The translations under genes were made by a program, and so were the position numbers. 14,387 nt of DNA from Candidatus Culexmicrobium cathedralense (GTDB taxonomy: Archaea; Thermoproteota; Methanomethylicia; Culexarchaeales; Culexmicrobiaceae): the NCBI GenBank assembly GCA_025061115.1, contig JANZKC010000007.1:1-14387 (forward strand), in the 5' to 3' direction. The notes beneath the pieces were generated by a model that saw nothing but the letters and a program-made list of their open reading frames with translations, had not been told where the DNA came from and did no database searches. Every line of letters begins with the position of its first letter. Position 1 is the stretch's first letter. This document shows, piece after piece, positions 7,313 through 14,387 of this stretch.

Positions 7313-7987
7313 GTGGAGGTGATTCAGCATTCTATGAACCCAGTTAGAAAGGGTTCTGGGTGGGAGCACCTTCTAGTGATTGCAAGAATTGAAGGGTTAA
7401 AGAGGGCTTACACGTGGAATCCAGCTGTAGGCTGTCACGGAATTGGATGTGAAGTTAAGAAGCGTGGAGTCTGCTGGGCTGAAAAGTTTGCTAAGCGATT
7501 TAAAATTGACTTTACTCCTCACTTGATTCCAGAGAGGTTGAAGGATCCTTACAGGCTCAAGAAGAGTGCAGTGATTACACCTGTAAGTATGGGAGACCTG
7601 TTTGGATTGGAGCCGCAGCACACTGAAGCTATATTAAATGTTATAAGAGACTGTAGCTGGCATAAATTTGCAATACTTACTAAGCTTCCTCAAAACGCAT
7701 TAAAGTTCAATCCATTTCCAAGTAATGTTTGGTTTGGTGTTTCAGTTAACTTGCAAGATGACGTTTGGAGGCTTGACTGCCTAAAGAGAGTTGAGGCTCC
7801 AAGAAAATACGTGCTTTTTGAGCCATTATACTCTGCAATTAACTATGACCTTTCATGGCTAGACCTAATTGTAATTGGCTGTCAAAGCTACCCTACAGTT
7901 CAGCCTAAGAAGGAGTGGGTTGAAAGCATACTTAGAAATAGCGGTTCAGCCAAAGTATTCTTCAAATCAAATCTAAAGCCAATTTAA
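7313..7987 (+). CDS. DUF5131 / phage Gp37Gp68-family protein (three-Cys, radical-SAM-like)
   Basis: TWNPAVGC...C...CWAE, SMGDLF, ILTK, NVWFGVSV, FEPL, WLDLIVIG and VFFK motifs. Start uncertain (7313, 7334 or 7376). Confidence 0.88.
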   Translation: MEVIQHSMNPVRKGSGWEHLLVIARIEGLKRAYTWNPAVGCHGIGCEVKKRGVCWAEKFAKRFKIDFTPHLIPERLKDPYRLKKSAVITPVSMGDLFGLEPQHTEAILNVIRDCSWHKFAILTKLPQNALKFNPFPSNVWFGVSVNLQDDVWRLDCLKRVEAPRKYVLFEPLYSAINYDLSWLDLIVIGCQSYPTVQPKKEWVESILRNSGSAKVFFKSNLKPI

Positions 7988-7996
7988 CTCTTTTTT

Positions 7997-8227
7997 CTAA
8001 TGGTTTAAAGCCATTTCTAGCATTACTAAGAGTAGAAGGGCAAATATCAGGGTAAATAAAGCTAATACTATTAGTATTACTGCGTACTCAACTGCTATGA
8101 GCGGTATTTCTATGAGTGAAGCTTCGCTTATTCTCTGTAGGTTTACATATGTAGCTAGGAACCCAACTATTAGGCATCCTAATAAAAAAACTGCGCTTGC
8201 CATAACTATTTTATGTGCTTTATTCAC
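7997..8227 (-). CDS. Small 2-TM membrane protein
   Basis: GTG start with SD GGTGA; two hydrophobic segments. Confidence 0.7.
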   Translation of the reverse strand: MNKAHKIVMASAVFLLGCLIVGFLATYVNLQRISEASLIEIPLIAVEYAVILIVLALFTLIFALLLLVMLEMALNH

Positions 8228-8233
8228 AGTTAA

Positions 8234-8410
8234 TCACCGTCTCCTATACTTTTTAATTGCTTTGTCTTCCCCCCTCTCAATAGCGTACTTGTATGCCTCA
8301 CATAAGTCTGGATTTTCCCTACAGTATTCTGGATGTGAAGGTATTAAGTCTGCAATGGTGCACTTAAGTGCTTCTTCATCAAAGTACTTGCACTTAGGTA
8401 AAGCTGTCAC
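8234..8410 (-). CDS. Small 4-Cys hypothetical protein (58 aa)
   Basis: Not in the track. GTG overlaps the upstream TGA (GTGA). MTALPKCKYFDEEALKCTIADLIPSHPEYCRENPDLCEAYKYAIERGEDKAIKKYRRR fills the operon gap. Confidence 0.7.
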   Translation of the reverse strand: MTALPKCKYFDEEALKCTIADLIPSHPEYCRENPDLCEAYKYAIERGEDKAIKKYRRR

Positions 8411-8592
8411 CACCTGCTCCTAATCCTTTTCCTGCAAACCTTAATGTGGGAGTGCGCATCCACAATAGACCAGAAATAGCTTCCACAATACTTGCACTTG
8501 AGACCGTGCTTGGTTGAAATAAAGCTGCTGCTCACCAGCTCCATATCCCTCTCTGACAGTAAAATACTGGTTTTTACATGTGTAGTTTTCAT
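8407..8592 (-). CDS. C2H2/C2HC-type zinc-finger protein
   Basis: KCKYCGSYFWSIVDAHSHIKVC. ATG 8592 after GGGGGAG is preferred over the track start at 8640. Confidence 0.7.
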   Translation of the reverse strand: MKTTHVKTSILLSERDMELVSSSFISTKHGLKCKYCGSYFWSIVDAHSHIKVCRKRIRSRW

Positions 8593-8608
8593 TAGAGTTA
8601 CTCCCCCG

Positions 8609-8824
8609 CTACCACTCACACTTGGGGCATGAGCCTTCAATTTTCACTTCTGCTTGTGCAAAGTCACCCTTATTTAGTTTCTCAATCAGGTGTTTGCTGC
8701 AAAGCCTAACTACTTTCCCATCTTGAAGTGTTATGACGTACTCTGCTTTTTCATTGCATAGGTCGCATTTCAAGGCTGGGGAGCCTCCCTGCTTAGCATT
8801 CGCAATTATGCTCTGAAGCTTCAC
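8609..8824 (-). CDS. Small zinc-binding protein
   Basis: CDLC...LCSKH and CPKC motifs; part of the tight minus-strand operon. Confidence 0.7.
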   Translation of the reverse strand: MKLQSIIANAKQGGSPALKCDLCNEKAEYVITLQDGKVVRLCSKHLIEKLNKGDFAQAEVKIEGSCPKCEW

Positions 8825-9035
8825 TCATTAAGTTCATTATGAATTTGATTATTCTATATGTCACTGTTTTGTCGAATACTATTAGCGTGTCTTCATTTGG
8901 ATTTTTTGGATCGAATATTCTTACTGTTAGGTGCCCCCAATCGTTAAGTGCAACTTGCACTTCATTCGGGTATTCTGCATTAATTACAGTCTTTGTGGAT
9001 TCAATCTTTCTCTTGATAATTTCAACCACTTTCAT
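8793..9035 (-). CDS. Hypothetical protein
   Basis: 80 aa, ATG with GAGGGGG SD, overlaps both neighbours. Confidence 0.7.
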   Translation of the reverse strand: MKVVEIIKRKIESTKTVINAEYPNEVQVALNDWGHLTVRIFDPKNPNEDTLIVFDKTVTYRIIKFIMNLMSEASEHNCEC

Positions 9036-9201
9036 CTTCCCCCTCTTTAACTTCTAGTTTCTTAATTCTCAATTCGCCGTCGCCTTTCTCCAGCTTTAAT
9101 AGTTCACCTTCCTTCCAGTTCAGTTCTCTCACTATTTTTATTGGCAGTGGTATGTAGTATGATTTGTATATTTTTCTCAGAAAAACTATCTTGGACTTCA
9201 C
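9022..9201 (-). CDS. AbrB/MazE/SpoVT-family DNA-binding protein (59 aa)
   Basis: LRKIYKSYYIPLPIKIVRELNWKEGELLKLEKGDGELRIKKL is a swapped-hairpin signature. GTG 9201 follows SD GGAGGTG (track start 9393 is too long). Confidence 0.85.
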   Translation of the reverse strand: MKSKIVFLRKIYKSYYIPLPIKIVRELNWKEGELLKLEKGDGELRIKKLEVKEGEDESG

Positions 9202-9254
9202 TTTCACACCTCCAAAAAATTTTAATAGTTTGCAACATATAAATTTTATGAAAA
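9200..9254. repeat. 55-bp direct repeat, copy 1 (divergent promoter/SD cassette)
   Basis: actttcacacctccaaaaaattttaatagtttgcaacatataaattttatgaaaa; 52/55 identical to 10101-10155. Confidence 0.92.
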
Positions 9255-9273
9255 TATTATGGGGGCTTGAGAA

Positions 9274-9513
9274 GTGTTTAGGCTTAATCTCACAGAAAGT
9301 GAAAGAGAAGCAATAATAAAAGAGTTGGCTGAGCGAATGAAAGACATAGTGTACATTAATGCAGAGAAAAGAGCTGAGGAAGTGATAGAACAATTATTAG
9401 CCATGAATCTAAAACCCGATAGCAACATAACCATCAGCTACGTCATTCACTTCACATTTGACGACATACTGCAGATGCTGGGAAGGCTAAGGCGGAAAAG
9501 TGGAGGTGAATGA
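9274..9513 (+). CDS. Hypothetical protein
   Basis: 79 aa, GTG after GGGGG, just downstream of the repeat cassette. Confidence 0.65.
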   Translation: MFRLNLTESEREAIIKELAERMKDIVYINAEKRAEEVIEQLLAMNLKPDSNITISYVIHFTFDDILQMLGRLRRKSGGE

Positions 9514-9780
9514 ATGGCGAGAATGCTGGTGGATATAAAGACCTACATTCCAGAGAAAGGAGTGTGGGTGAGCACAGTAGCATGGGACGTAGAGATAGGT
9601 TTCGGTCGATGCGCAGAAACAATGGTGTTCAAGGGAAATGAGCAGGGCATAACGGACTGGAAGGAACTCTACTTCGAATCACATGGACATTGCACCGACT
9701 ATAATGAACTCAAAAAGAGGCACGACGAAATCGTACAGAAAATACGTGAGGGCAAAATTCTGCTGGAAGTTGTTGCCTGA
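9514..9780 (+). CDS. Hypothetical phage protein
   Basis: 88 aa, strong SD GGAGGTGA, WVSTV...ETMVF motif. Confidence 0.75.
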   Translation: MARMLVDIKTYIPEKGVWVSTVAWDVEIGFGRCAETMVFKGNEQGITDWKELYFESHGHCTDYNELKKRHDEIVQKIREGKILLEVVA

Positions 9781-9854
9781 CAAGTTGATCTTTTATGAAC
9801 TAAAGAGACAAAAAATGGTTAATGTTGAGGCAATATAATCCAACAACTCAACAC

Positions 9855-10100
9855 TCATGGGGATTCCTCTCCTCTTTTTACTTTTTTAATGTTATAGTCT
9901 AGTCTGAAGTGTAGGATTGTTTTGCTGCCGAAGCCGTCTTGACATACCTGCAGCACTCTTACTCCATGCTCTAGACAGCGTTTAGGCGAAATGACTATTG
10001 CACTGTGGCGCTCATCATACATTAGGCACTCCAACAACCACTCTGGCACAAGTTGCCTACGAAGCTTTCTAATCTGCTCCCTCCAAATGTCATTATTCAT
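9855..10100 (-). CDS. Hypothetical protein
   Basis: 81 aa, ATG directly after SD GGAGGTG of repeat copy 2. Confidence 0.7.
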   Translation of the reverse strand: MNNDIWREQIRKLRRQLVPEWLLECLMYDERHSAIVISPKRCLEHGVRVLQVCQDGFGSKTILHFRLDYNIKKVKRGEESP

Positions 10101-10155
10101 ACTTTCACACCTCCAAAAAATTTAAATAGTTTATAACATATAAATTTTATGAAAA
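10101..10155. repeat. 55-bp direct repeat, copy 2 (divergent promoter/SD cassette)
   Basis: actttcacacctccaaaaaatttaaatagtttataacatataaattttatgaaaa; again lies between divergent genes. Confidence 0.92.
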
Positions 10156-10190
10156 ATTTTGCGGGTATTTGTGCAGGGGGTTAGGGAGTT

Positions 10191-10397
10191 TTGAAGTATG
10201 TTGAGTGGCTTAGGGTTAATAGTGGTATAGATAGGTGGCTTAGAAAGCTAATGAAAATTCACGGCTCAAACTATGAGAAGATTGCAGATGCAATAATAAG
10301 CAACCCGTCAATGTCTCACAGAGAAAAAACCTACACGGTGAGAAGGTTAATAGAGCTGGTAATAGAAGAATGTAGCAGGGAAGTTGAAAATGCATAG
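10191..10397 (+). CDS. Hypothetical helical protein
   Basis: 68 aa, TTG start after GGGAG; first gene of a plus-strand operon. Confidence 0.6.
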   Translation: MKYVEWLRVNSGIDRWLRKLMKIHGSNYEKIADAIISNPSMSHREKTYTVRRLIELVIEECSREVENA

Positions 10398-10617
10398 GTG
10401 TGAGTACTGCAATAAGAAGGTTGCTGAGGCAGTGCTCCTAGATGAAACTGAATACATATTCAAGTACATATGTGAAGATTGCCTGCAAGAGCTTAGGAAG
10501 TCATTCGGAGACTTCAACTTGAATTACCAGTACCTTATGGCTCCATATCAGGCTATGGACTGGCTCAAGAATGAAGCTAACAAGTTGATAATGTGGCTTA
10601 GAGGCAGGGTTGTTTAG
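10390..10617 (+). CDS. Small zinc-binding protein
   Basis: CEYC...ICEDC; ATG 10390 (track: TTG 10384). Confidence 0.7.
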   Translation: MHRCEYCNKKVAEAVLLDETEYIFKYICEDCLQELRKSFGDFNLNYQYLMAPYQAMDWLKNEANKLIMWLRGRVV

Positions 10618-10619
10618 CG

Positions 10620-10934
10620 ATGGTTAACAATAATTTTTTAGTGTTAATGGAACAGTATAAATGCCCAGTTTGCGGAGCGACTTTCCGAAGCATCTTTAAG
10701 TTGAAGCAGCATTTCAAAATGACGCACATGAAGCACCGCCCATTCATATGCCCGATATGTGGAAAGAAATTCATTAACGAGATACGTCTAGCAAAGCACT
10801 CTTTAACTTGTAATGATGAGAAGCACATGGCACTTGCATTTCTCTGCTACAACTTGAGAACAACAAAGCTGAGCAAAGAAAAGAGAATGCAAATGATAAA
10901 CGCTGCAAAACACGTTTTCAAAATTGGAGCGTGA
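10620..10934 (+). CDS. Tandem C2H2 zinc-finger protein
   Basis: YKCPVCGATFRSIFKLKQHFKMTH and FICPICGKKFINEIRLAKH; this protein type is common in crenarchaeal viruses. Confidence 0.88.
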   Translation: MVNNNFLVLMEQYKCPVCGATFRSIFKLKQHFKMTHMKHRPFICPICGKKFINEIRLAKHSLTCNDEKHMALAFLCYNLRTTKLSKEKRMQMINAAKHVFKIGA

Positions 10935-11017
10935 AGCAAAGTGCGGCTTTAATGAATAAGCTTTGTAAGGCAGATTACGAAATGGTACTATCAGTAAAAA
11001 ATCATTTAAAGAGGTGA
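10931..11017 (+). CDS. Possible 28-aa micro-ORF
   Basis: GTGA overlap with the upstream stop; ends within the SD of the next gene, filling the gap. Could be chance. Confidence 0.3.
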   Translation: MKQSAALMNKLCKADYEMVLSVKNHLKR

Positions 11018-11021
11018 TGAA

Positions 11022-11612
11022 ATGAATCTGAAGGATTACCTAGAGAAGCACGGTATCATGAATTGGTATGAGTGGGCAACAAAGTATCTTAAACTGCCAT
11101 CACCAGAAGAGGTTGAGGTACTGCCTTACGGCACGTTCAAGTTTCAACCTACCGTTAATGGCTTTACTGGAAGAGATGAAAAGGGGAAACTATATGTTAC
11201 ATTTAAAAATAATCCTCCGAATCTAGAGACTTTCAGTCATGAACTAATTCACTTAGCTGGACATGGAGAAATTTATGCCTTCAACTTAGATGTATTCCTT
11301 GCCTATGCAATTAAACACGATTTACCGCCATTTAACGTACTGGCACTACTGGATTTATCGCTAAATCAAGTTGAAAGCGTGCTGAGAGAGTTCGGCTTCA
11401 AAAGCATAGACGAATACTTCAATCATAGACTTACATGTGAAAACGAGCAGGTCAGACTGCTGATTCACTGCCGCAAAATTCTCGGCGATTGCTCAGACAT
11501 TATGAAACTTATAACTTTCATACAAATACTATATGAATTCTTTCGAGAACCAAACCCACCTGAACTAGAACAAAAAATATTCAGAAAAATAGCTGAAAAG
11601 AATGGAGTGTAG
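11022..11612 (+). CDS. Putative zincin metallopeptidase (HExxH)
   Basis: NGFT...ETFSHELIHLAGHGEIYA; SD GAGGTGA. Confidence 0.7.
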   Translation: MNLKDYLEKHGIMNWYEWATKYLKLPSPEEVEVLPYGTFKFQPTVNGFTGRDEKGKLYVTFKNNPPNLETFSHELIHLAGHGEIYAFNLDVFLAYAIKHDLPPFNVLALLDLSLNQVESVLREFGFKSIDEYFNHRLTCENEQVRLLIHCRKILGDCSDIMKLITFIQILYEFFREPNPPELEQKIFRKIAEKNGV

Positions 11613-11616
11613 GGCA

Positions 11617-11784
11617 ATGAGGCGGTTTATTGTTAGTATTAGGTTTAGACGTGCAGTTGAGGCTGAAGATTCACAAGAAGCATGTGAAATAGCTTGGAAT
11701 GAGTTAGTTAAGGCAATTATCTTTACTGGCTCAACACAATTTGAATTTGAAGTAAAGGAGATGGTTGAAGGTGAAGTCAATTAA
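11617..11784 (+). CDS. Small hypothetical protein
   Basis: ATG 11617 after GGAGTG (track: 11602); operon context. Confidence 0.6.
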   Translation: MRRFIVSIRFRRAVEAEDSQEACEIAWNELVKAIIFTGSTQFEFEVKEMVEGEVN

Positions 11785-12106
11785 AATAACTCCAGATGGA
11801 GCTATATGTGAGGAGTGCGGTTTTGCTACGACTAAGCTTTATTACTATGATGGTAAATTTTTATGTTCTGCATGTTATCATAGAAAGGTTGGGGGGTTAG
11901 GAGTTATGGTTGAATCTAAATTGCCGCCTAAAGGCATGATATGCATAGAGCAGTTCACAGAATCACTCTACATGATAACAGTTAGGAGAGAGGATGGGAA
12001 AGAGCTTTCAATGAGAATTACACGTGAAGAGCTGAGAAACTTGGCTGAGTACATAGATTACATCCTTCACTTGCCAGCAAATGCTGAGGGGAGTAGGTCG
12101 GGTTGA
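11765..12106 (+). CDS. Zinc-binding protein
   Basis: CEECG...FLCSACY; start at 11765 or 11771; TTGA overlap with the next gene. Confidence 0.72.
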   Translation: MKVKSIKITPDGAICEECGFATTKLYYYDGKFLCSACYHRKVGGLGVMVESKLPPKGMICIEQFTESLYMITVRREDGKELSMRITREELRNLAEYIDYILHLPANAEGSRSG

Positions 12107-12426
12107 AGATTAGTCTAGTTGAGCTTCCAGTTGAAATTTCATGTTGCCTGTGCGGGAAATTCAGCAGGAATATGATTAGGGTTGAATGCAAGTTTAACGA
12201 GTTGCACAGCCTTGTAAATTACATCTGCCTGCCGTGCGCCTTCAAGCTTAGAGAGTACATTGAAGAAAAACTTAGCGTGAAGTACTTCAAGTACAAGAGT
12301 CAGAAGGAATTTAGGGTGGATAAATTGAGGTCAATTTACTGCAGGTGGAAGAAGAAGTTCGTCAGCGAAGAAGTCTGCAGAAAGTGCGTCTATTACGACC
12401 GCAAATCGAGGGAGTGCCAGTACTAG
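12103..12426 (+). CDS. Multi-Cys zinc-binding protein
   Basis: CCLCG...ICLPC plus C-terminal YCRW...CRKC...C. Confidence 0.72.
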   Translation: MKISLVELPVEISCCLCGKFSRNMIRVECKFNELHSLVNYICLPCAFKLREYIEEKLSVKYFKYKSQKEFRVDKLRSIYCRWKKKFVSEEVCRKCVYYDRKSRECQY

Positions 12427-12495
12427 GATCTGATTCGACTGCCCTAAACAGTACCAAACAGCACTAAGCTCGCCTGATCAGTACCAAGTGGTACC

Positions 12496-13200
12496 TTAAT
12501 TTTCTGGTGATTCTATTCTGTATCTTATTTCCTTCTTTATGCTTTCTAGTATTAGCTCGAATGGCTTTAATTCTGTTATTGGTATGTGGGCTACTAATTC
12601 GGTTTTAGTCTTATCGGTTTTCAGCGGTTTTTTCCTTACGTATCCTTTCTTGTTTACGTATAGTCGCCACCAGAGCTTTGGGCTTACTGCCAGTATTTTG
12701 CCGTCCTTAGTTACATATACTAGGTAGTCCACGTTGTCATAGTATGCGTGGCTTAATAGTGAGTAGTTTATGGTTACTGCTGGCGCGTAGTCGGTTTCTG
12801 GTGCGTCTGGCTTGTTGTCTCTAAGCCATTTGGGGAAGCTCCAGAATGGCTCTCTAAATAGTGTTACGTATATTTTTATTCTGTCCCATCCAGATGGGTG
12901 GTCGAATGGCTTCAGTATTCCTTCTACTTCGATTCTTCTGCCGCCTAGAATCTTGCTTTTCATCAGCATTCTGAAGCCATACTTCTGCATTAGCGCTATC
13001 ACTGCCTCTACAGCTTCCTTTATATTTCTAATTTTAACTTTCTCTTTAGCTGAAACTGCAGATACAACTTTCCATCCTGCAAGTACGTTTAACCCGTATT
13101 TTGCAATGCACTGGGAGCAAACAGCTGGACTATATAATCCTGCACACTTCTTAGCATTACAGAATGCCTTAATTGTTATGACAACTTCACCCACCACCAT
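12496..13200 (-). CDS. Hypothetical protein with N-terminal Cys cluster; C-terminal alpha/beta domain possibly nuclease-like
   Basis: 234 aa, SD GGTGG, upstream TTTATATG (~13234-13241, minus strand), CNAKKC...CSQC. The nuclease idea is a weak inference. Confidence 0.65.
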   Translation of the reverse strand: MVVGEVVITIKAFCNAKKCAGLYSPAVCSQCIAKYGLNVLAGWKVVSAVSAKEKVKIRNIKEAVEAVIALMQKYGFRMLMKSKILGGRRIEVEGILKPFDHPSGWDRIKIYVTLFREPFWSFPKWLRDNKPDAPETDYAPAVTINYSLLSHAYYDNVDYLVYVTKDGKILAVSPKLWWRLYVNKKGYVRKKPLKTDKTKTELVAHIPITELKPFELILESIKKEIRYRIESPEN

Positions 13201-13436
13201 TTTTCCACCATTATATCCTTATGTCCAAAAACACATATAAAAACCTAACCCACAAAAAACCGTTTGTAGCTTTTTACTTACACTAACACAATCACACGCC
13301 GCAACTGCAACTTCAAATGATAGGCAGAAAAAACCACAAAACAATACAAAAAACTAACAGAAACAAAAAACTAAAATACTGGTGGACTACGCTTCTTGCC
13401 TTAGAATGGTGTCGTTCATACTATAGTTATTATGGG

Positions 13437-14150
13437 TTAAAAGGTGGGAGGCTTCCTCATTTCCCCTCTGAATAAATTATGTAAGAAAGATAGTTGTTCT
13501 GCAGTCAGTTCTTTATTAAATATAAGAACCTCTCCTATATATCCATTGAACCAATGACCATCACCACTCGCAGCGCCATCGTGAAACTTTGTGCTATCTT
13601 TCATCGCTCCTATACCAATATCGCCAGAATGCGCCCACAACTGAGAACCTTCACCACTACCAAATAATACGCCATCTAAATACCCTTTAAAGGCGTCAGG
13701 CGAAAGCGAAGTACCACCCTTTAAAGTTAATGCCGCCCAATGCCATTTTCTGGACTCTATTTCGTCAGTATAGAGGAATGTGCCGCTCCATCCAGATTCT
13801 CCAGACGGTGTATTCCAGCCACCTATATATAGGTAGCCTGCATGGACATAAATATTTAATCCTCTAACTGTCGCTCCCTCTTCATATATCACTTGTTTTC
13901 TATTGGATATATCTTTATCAATAACATAGAACCACACAACAATAGTCCTCTCGGTGTGCACATCAAGATTGATATCAGGTGTGTCAGGTACATGGATATA
14001 ATCGTCTTCACCATCGAAATACAGCAAATAATCTCTATATTTTCTTACCCAAGAAGCACCATATATTGTTCCATGATTATTGCGTCCACTTCTATCATAT
14101 ACTATGTCTCCACTACCCTCATTTAAAGGCAACACTAATACTGGATGCAT
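13437..14150 (-). CDS. LamG/concanavalin A-like (Laminin_G_3) domain protein, likely virion adhesin
   Basis: LPLNEGSGDIVYDRSGRNNHGTIYGASW...LYFDGEDDYI...WHWAALT...YLDG...FNGYIGEVLIFNKELTAEQL. Start at ATG 14150 or GTG 14159. Confidence 0.9.
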   Translation of the reverse strand: MHPVLVLPLNEGSGDIVYDRSGRNNHGTIYGASWVRKYRDYLLYFDGEDDYIHVPDTPDINLDVHTERTIVVWFYVIDKDISNRKQVIYEEGATVRGLNIYVHAGYLYIGGWNTPSGESGWSGTFLYTDEIESRKWHWAALTLKGGTSLSPDAFKGYLDGVLFGSGEGSQLWAHSGDIGIGAMKDSTKFHDGAASGDGHWFNGYIGEVLIFNKELTAEQLSFLHNLFRGEMRKPPTF

Positions 14151-14245
14151 AAAAACCACTCAAATACAAATAATCAAAAAACAAGTTTTAAACATAATGC
14201 TGATCCATTCAACCATACATTCTAAAATTCTCCAATTTATAAACA

Positions 14246-14268
14246 TGTTGTTGTTGTTGTTTGTTGTT
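14246..14268 (+). repeat. Short (TGT)n microsatellite
   Basis: tgttgttgttgttgtttgttgtt inside an otherwise A/C-rich tract. Confidence 0.6.
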
Positions 14269-14387
14269 TTTGCTGTCTGAAACTCATCAAATTACATATG
14301 TAAGTCTGATTTAGGCTAAGCCACCCCAAAACCCAACCCAACACTACACATGTAAACGTAAACAACCACAAACCCCACAAACCACAA

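Noticed and set aside
4402-7621. Antisense ORFs 4402-4614, 4666-4986, 5056-5370, 5823-6074, 6381-6740 and 7397-7621
   Set aside because: They lie opposite well-supported plus-strand genes and show no motifs.
9022-9393. 123-aa version of the AbrB ORF, and ORF 9246-9434
   Set aside because: The extension crosses the promoter repeat and is antisense to 9274-9513; the SD supports a start at 9201.
13375-13436. Possible tRNA or att site in the intergenic gap
   Set aside because: I could not build a cloverleaf or find a T-loop, and there is no integrase in the window.
8097-14280. Antisense ORFs 8097-8423, 8839-9057, 10598-10828, 11565-11780, 12539-12727, 12812-13240, 13893-14126 and 14080-14280
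   Set aside because: They overlap better-supported genes on the other strand and have antisense-like composition.

Overview
The window looks like a segment of an archaeal virus or provirus, probably a tailed virus of a thermophilic host (inferred). Support comes from GGAGGTGA/AGGTGA Shine-Dalgarno sites, TATA-like promoters, frequent GTG/TTG starts, AGA/AGG arginine codons, virion-type proteins and many small Zn-finger genes. On the left, a minus-strand unit (a +1-frameshifted 113-aa gene and a >540-aa repeat fibre-like gene running off the edge) diverges from a plus-strand operon. That operon holds three virion-like beta proteins, then two long Cys-X-X repeat proteins with a strict (CXX)6-CXXS 22-residue period, a third short Cys-X-X protein, and a radical SAM/SPASM enzyme. 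This Cys-repeat/rSAM module inside a structural operon is the main candidate novel system. It is followed by a membrane gene with a decayed copy of the rSAM 3' end, two hypothetical genes and a DUF5131 (Gp37/Gp68) gene. The right half is an accessory region of small genes (AbrB-like, Zn fingers, HExxH peptidase) with a duplicated 55-bp divergent promoter cassette, ending with a LamG-domain gene. No capsid, terminase, integrase, tRNA, rRNA or CRISPR array was seen.
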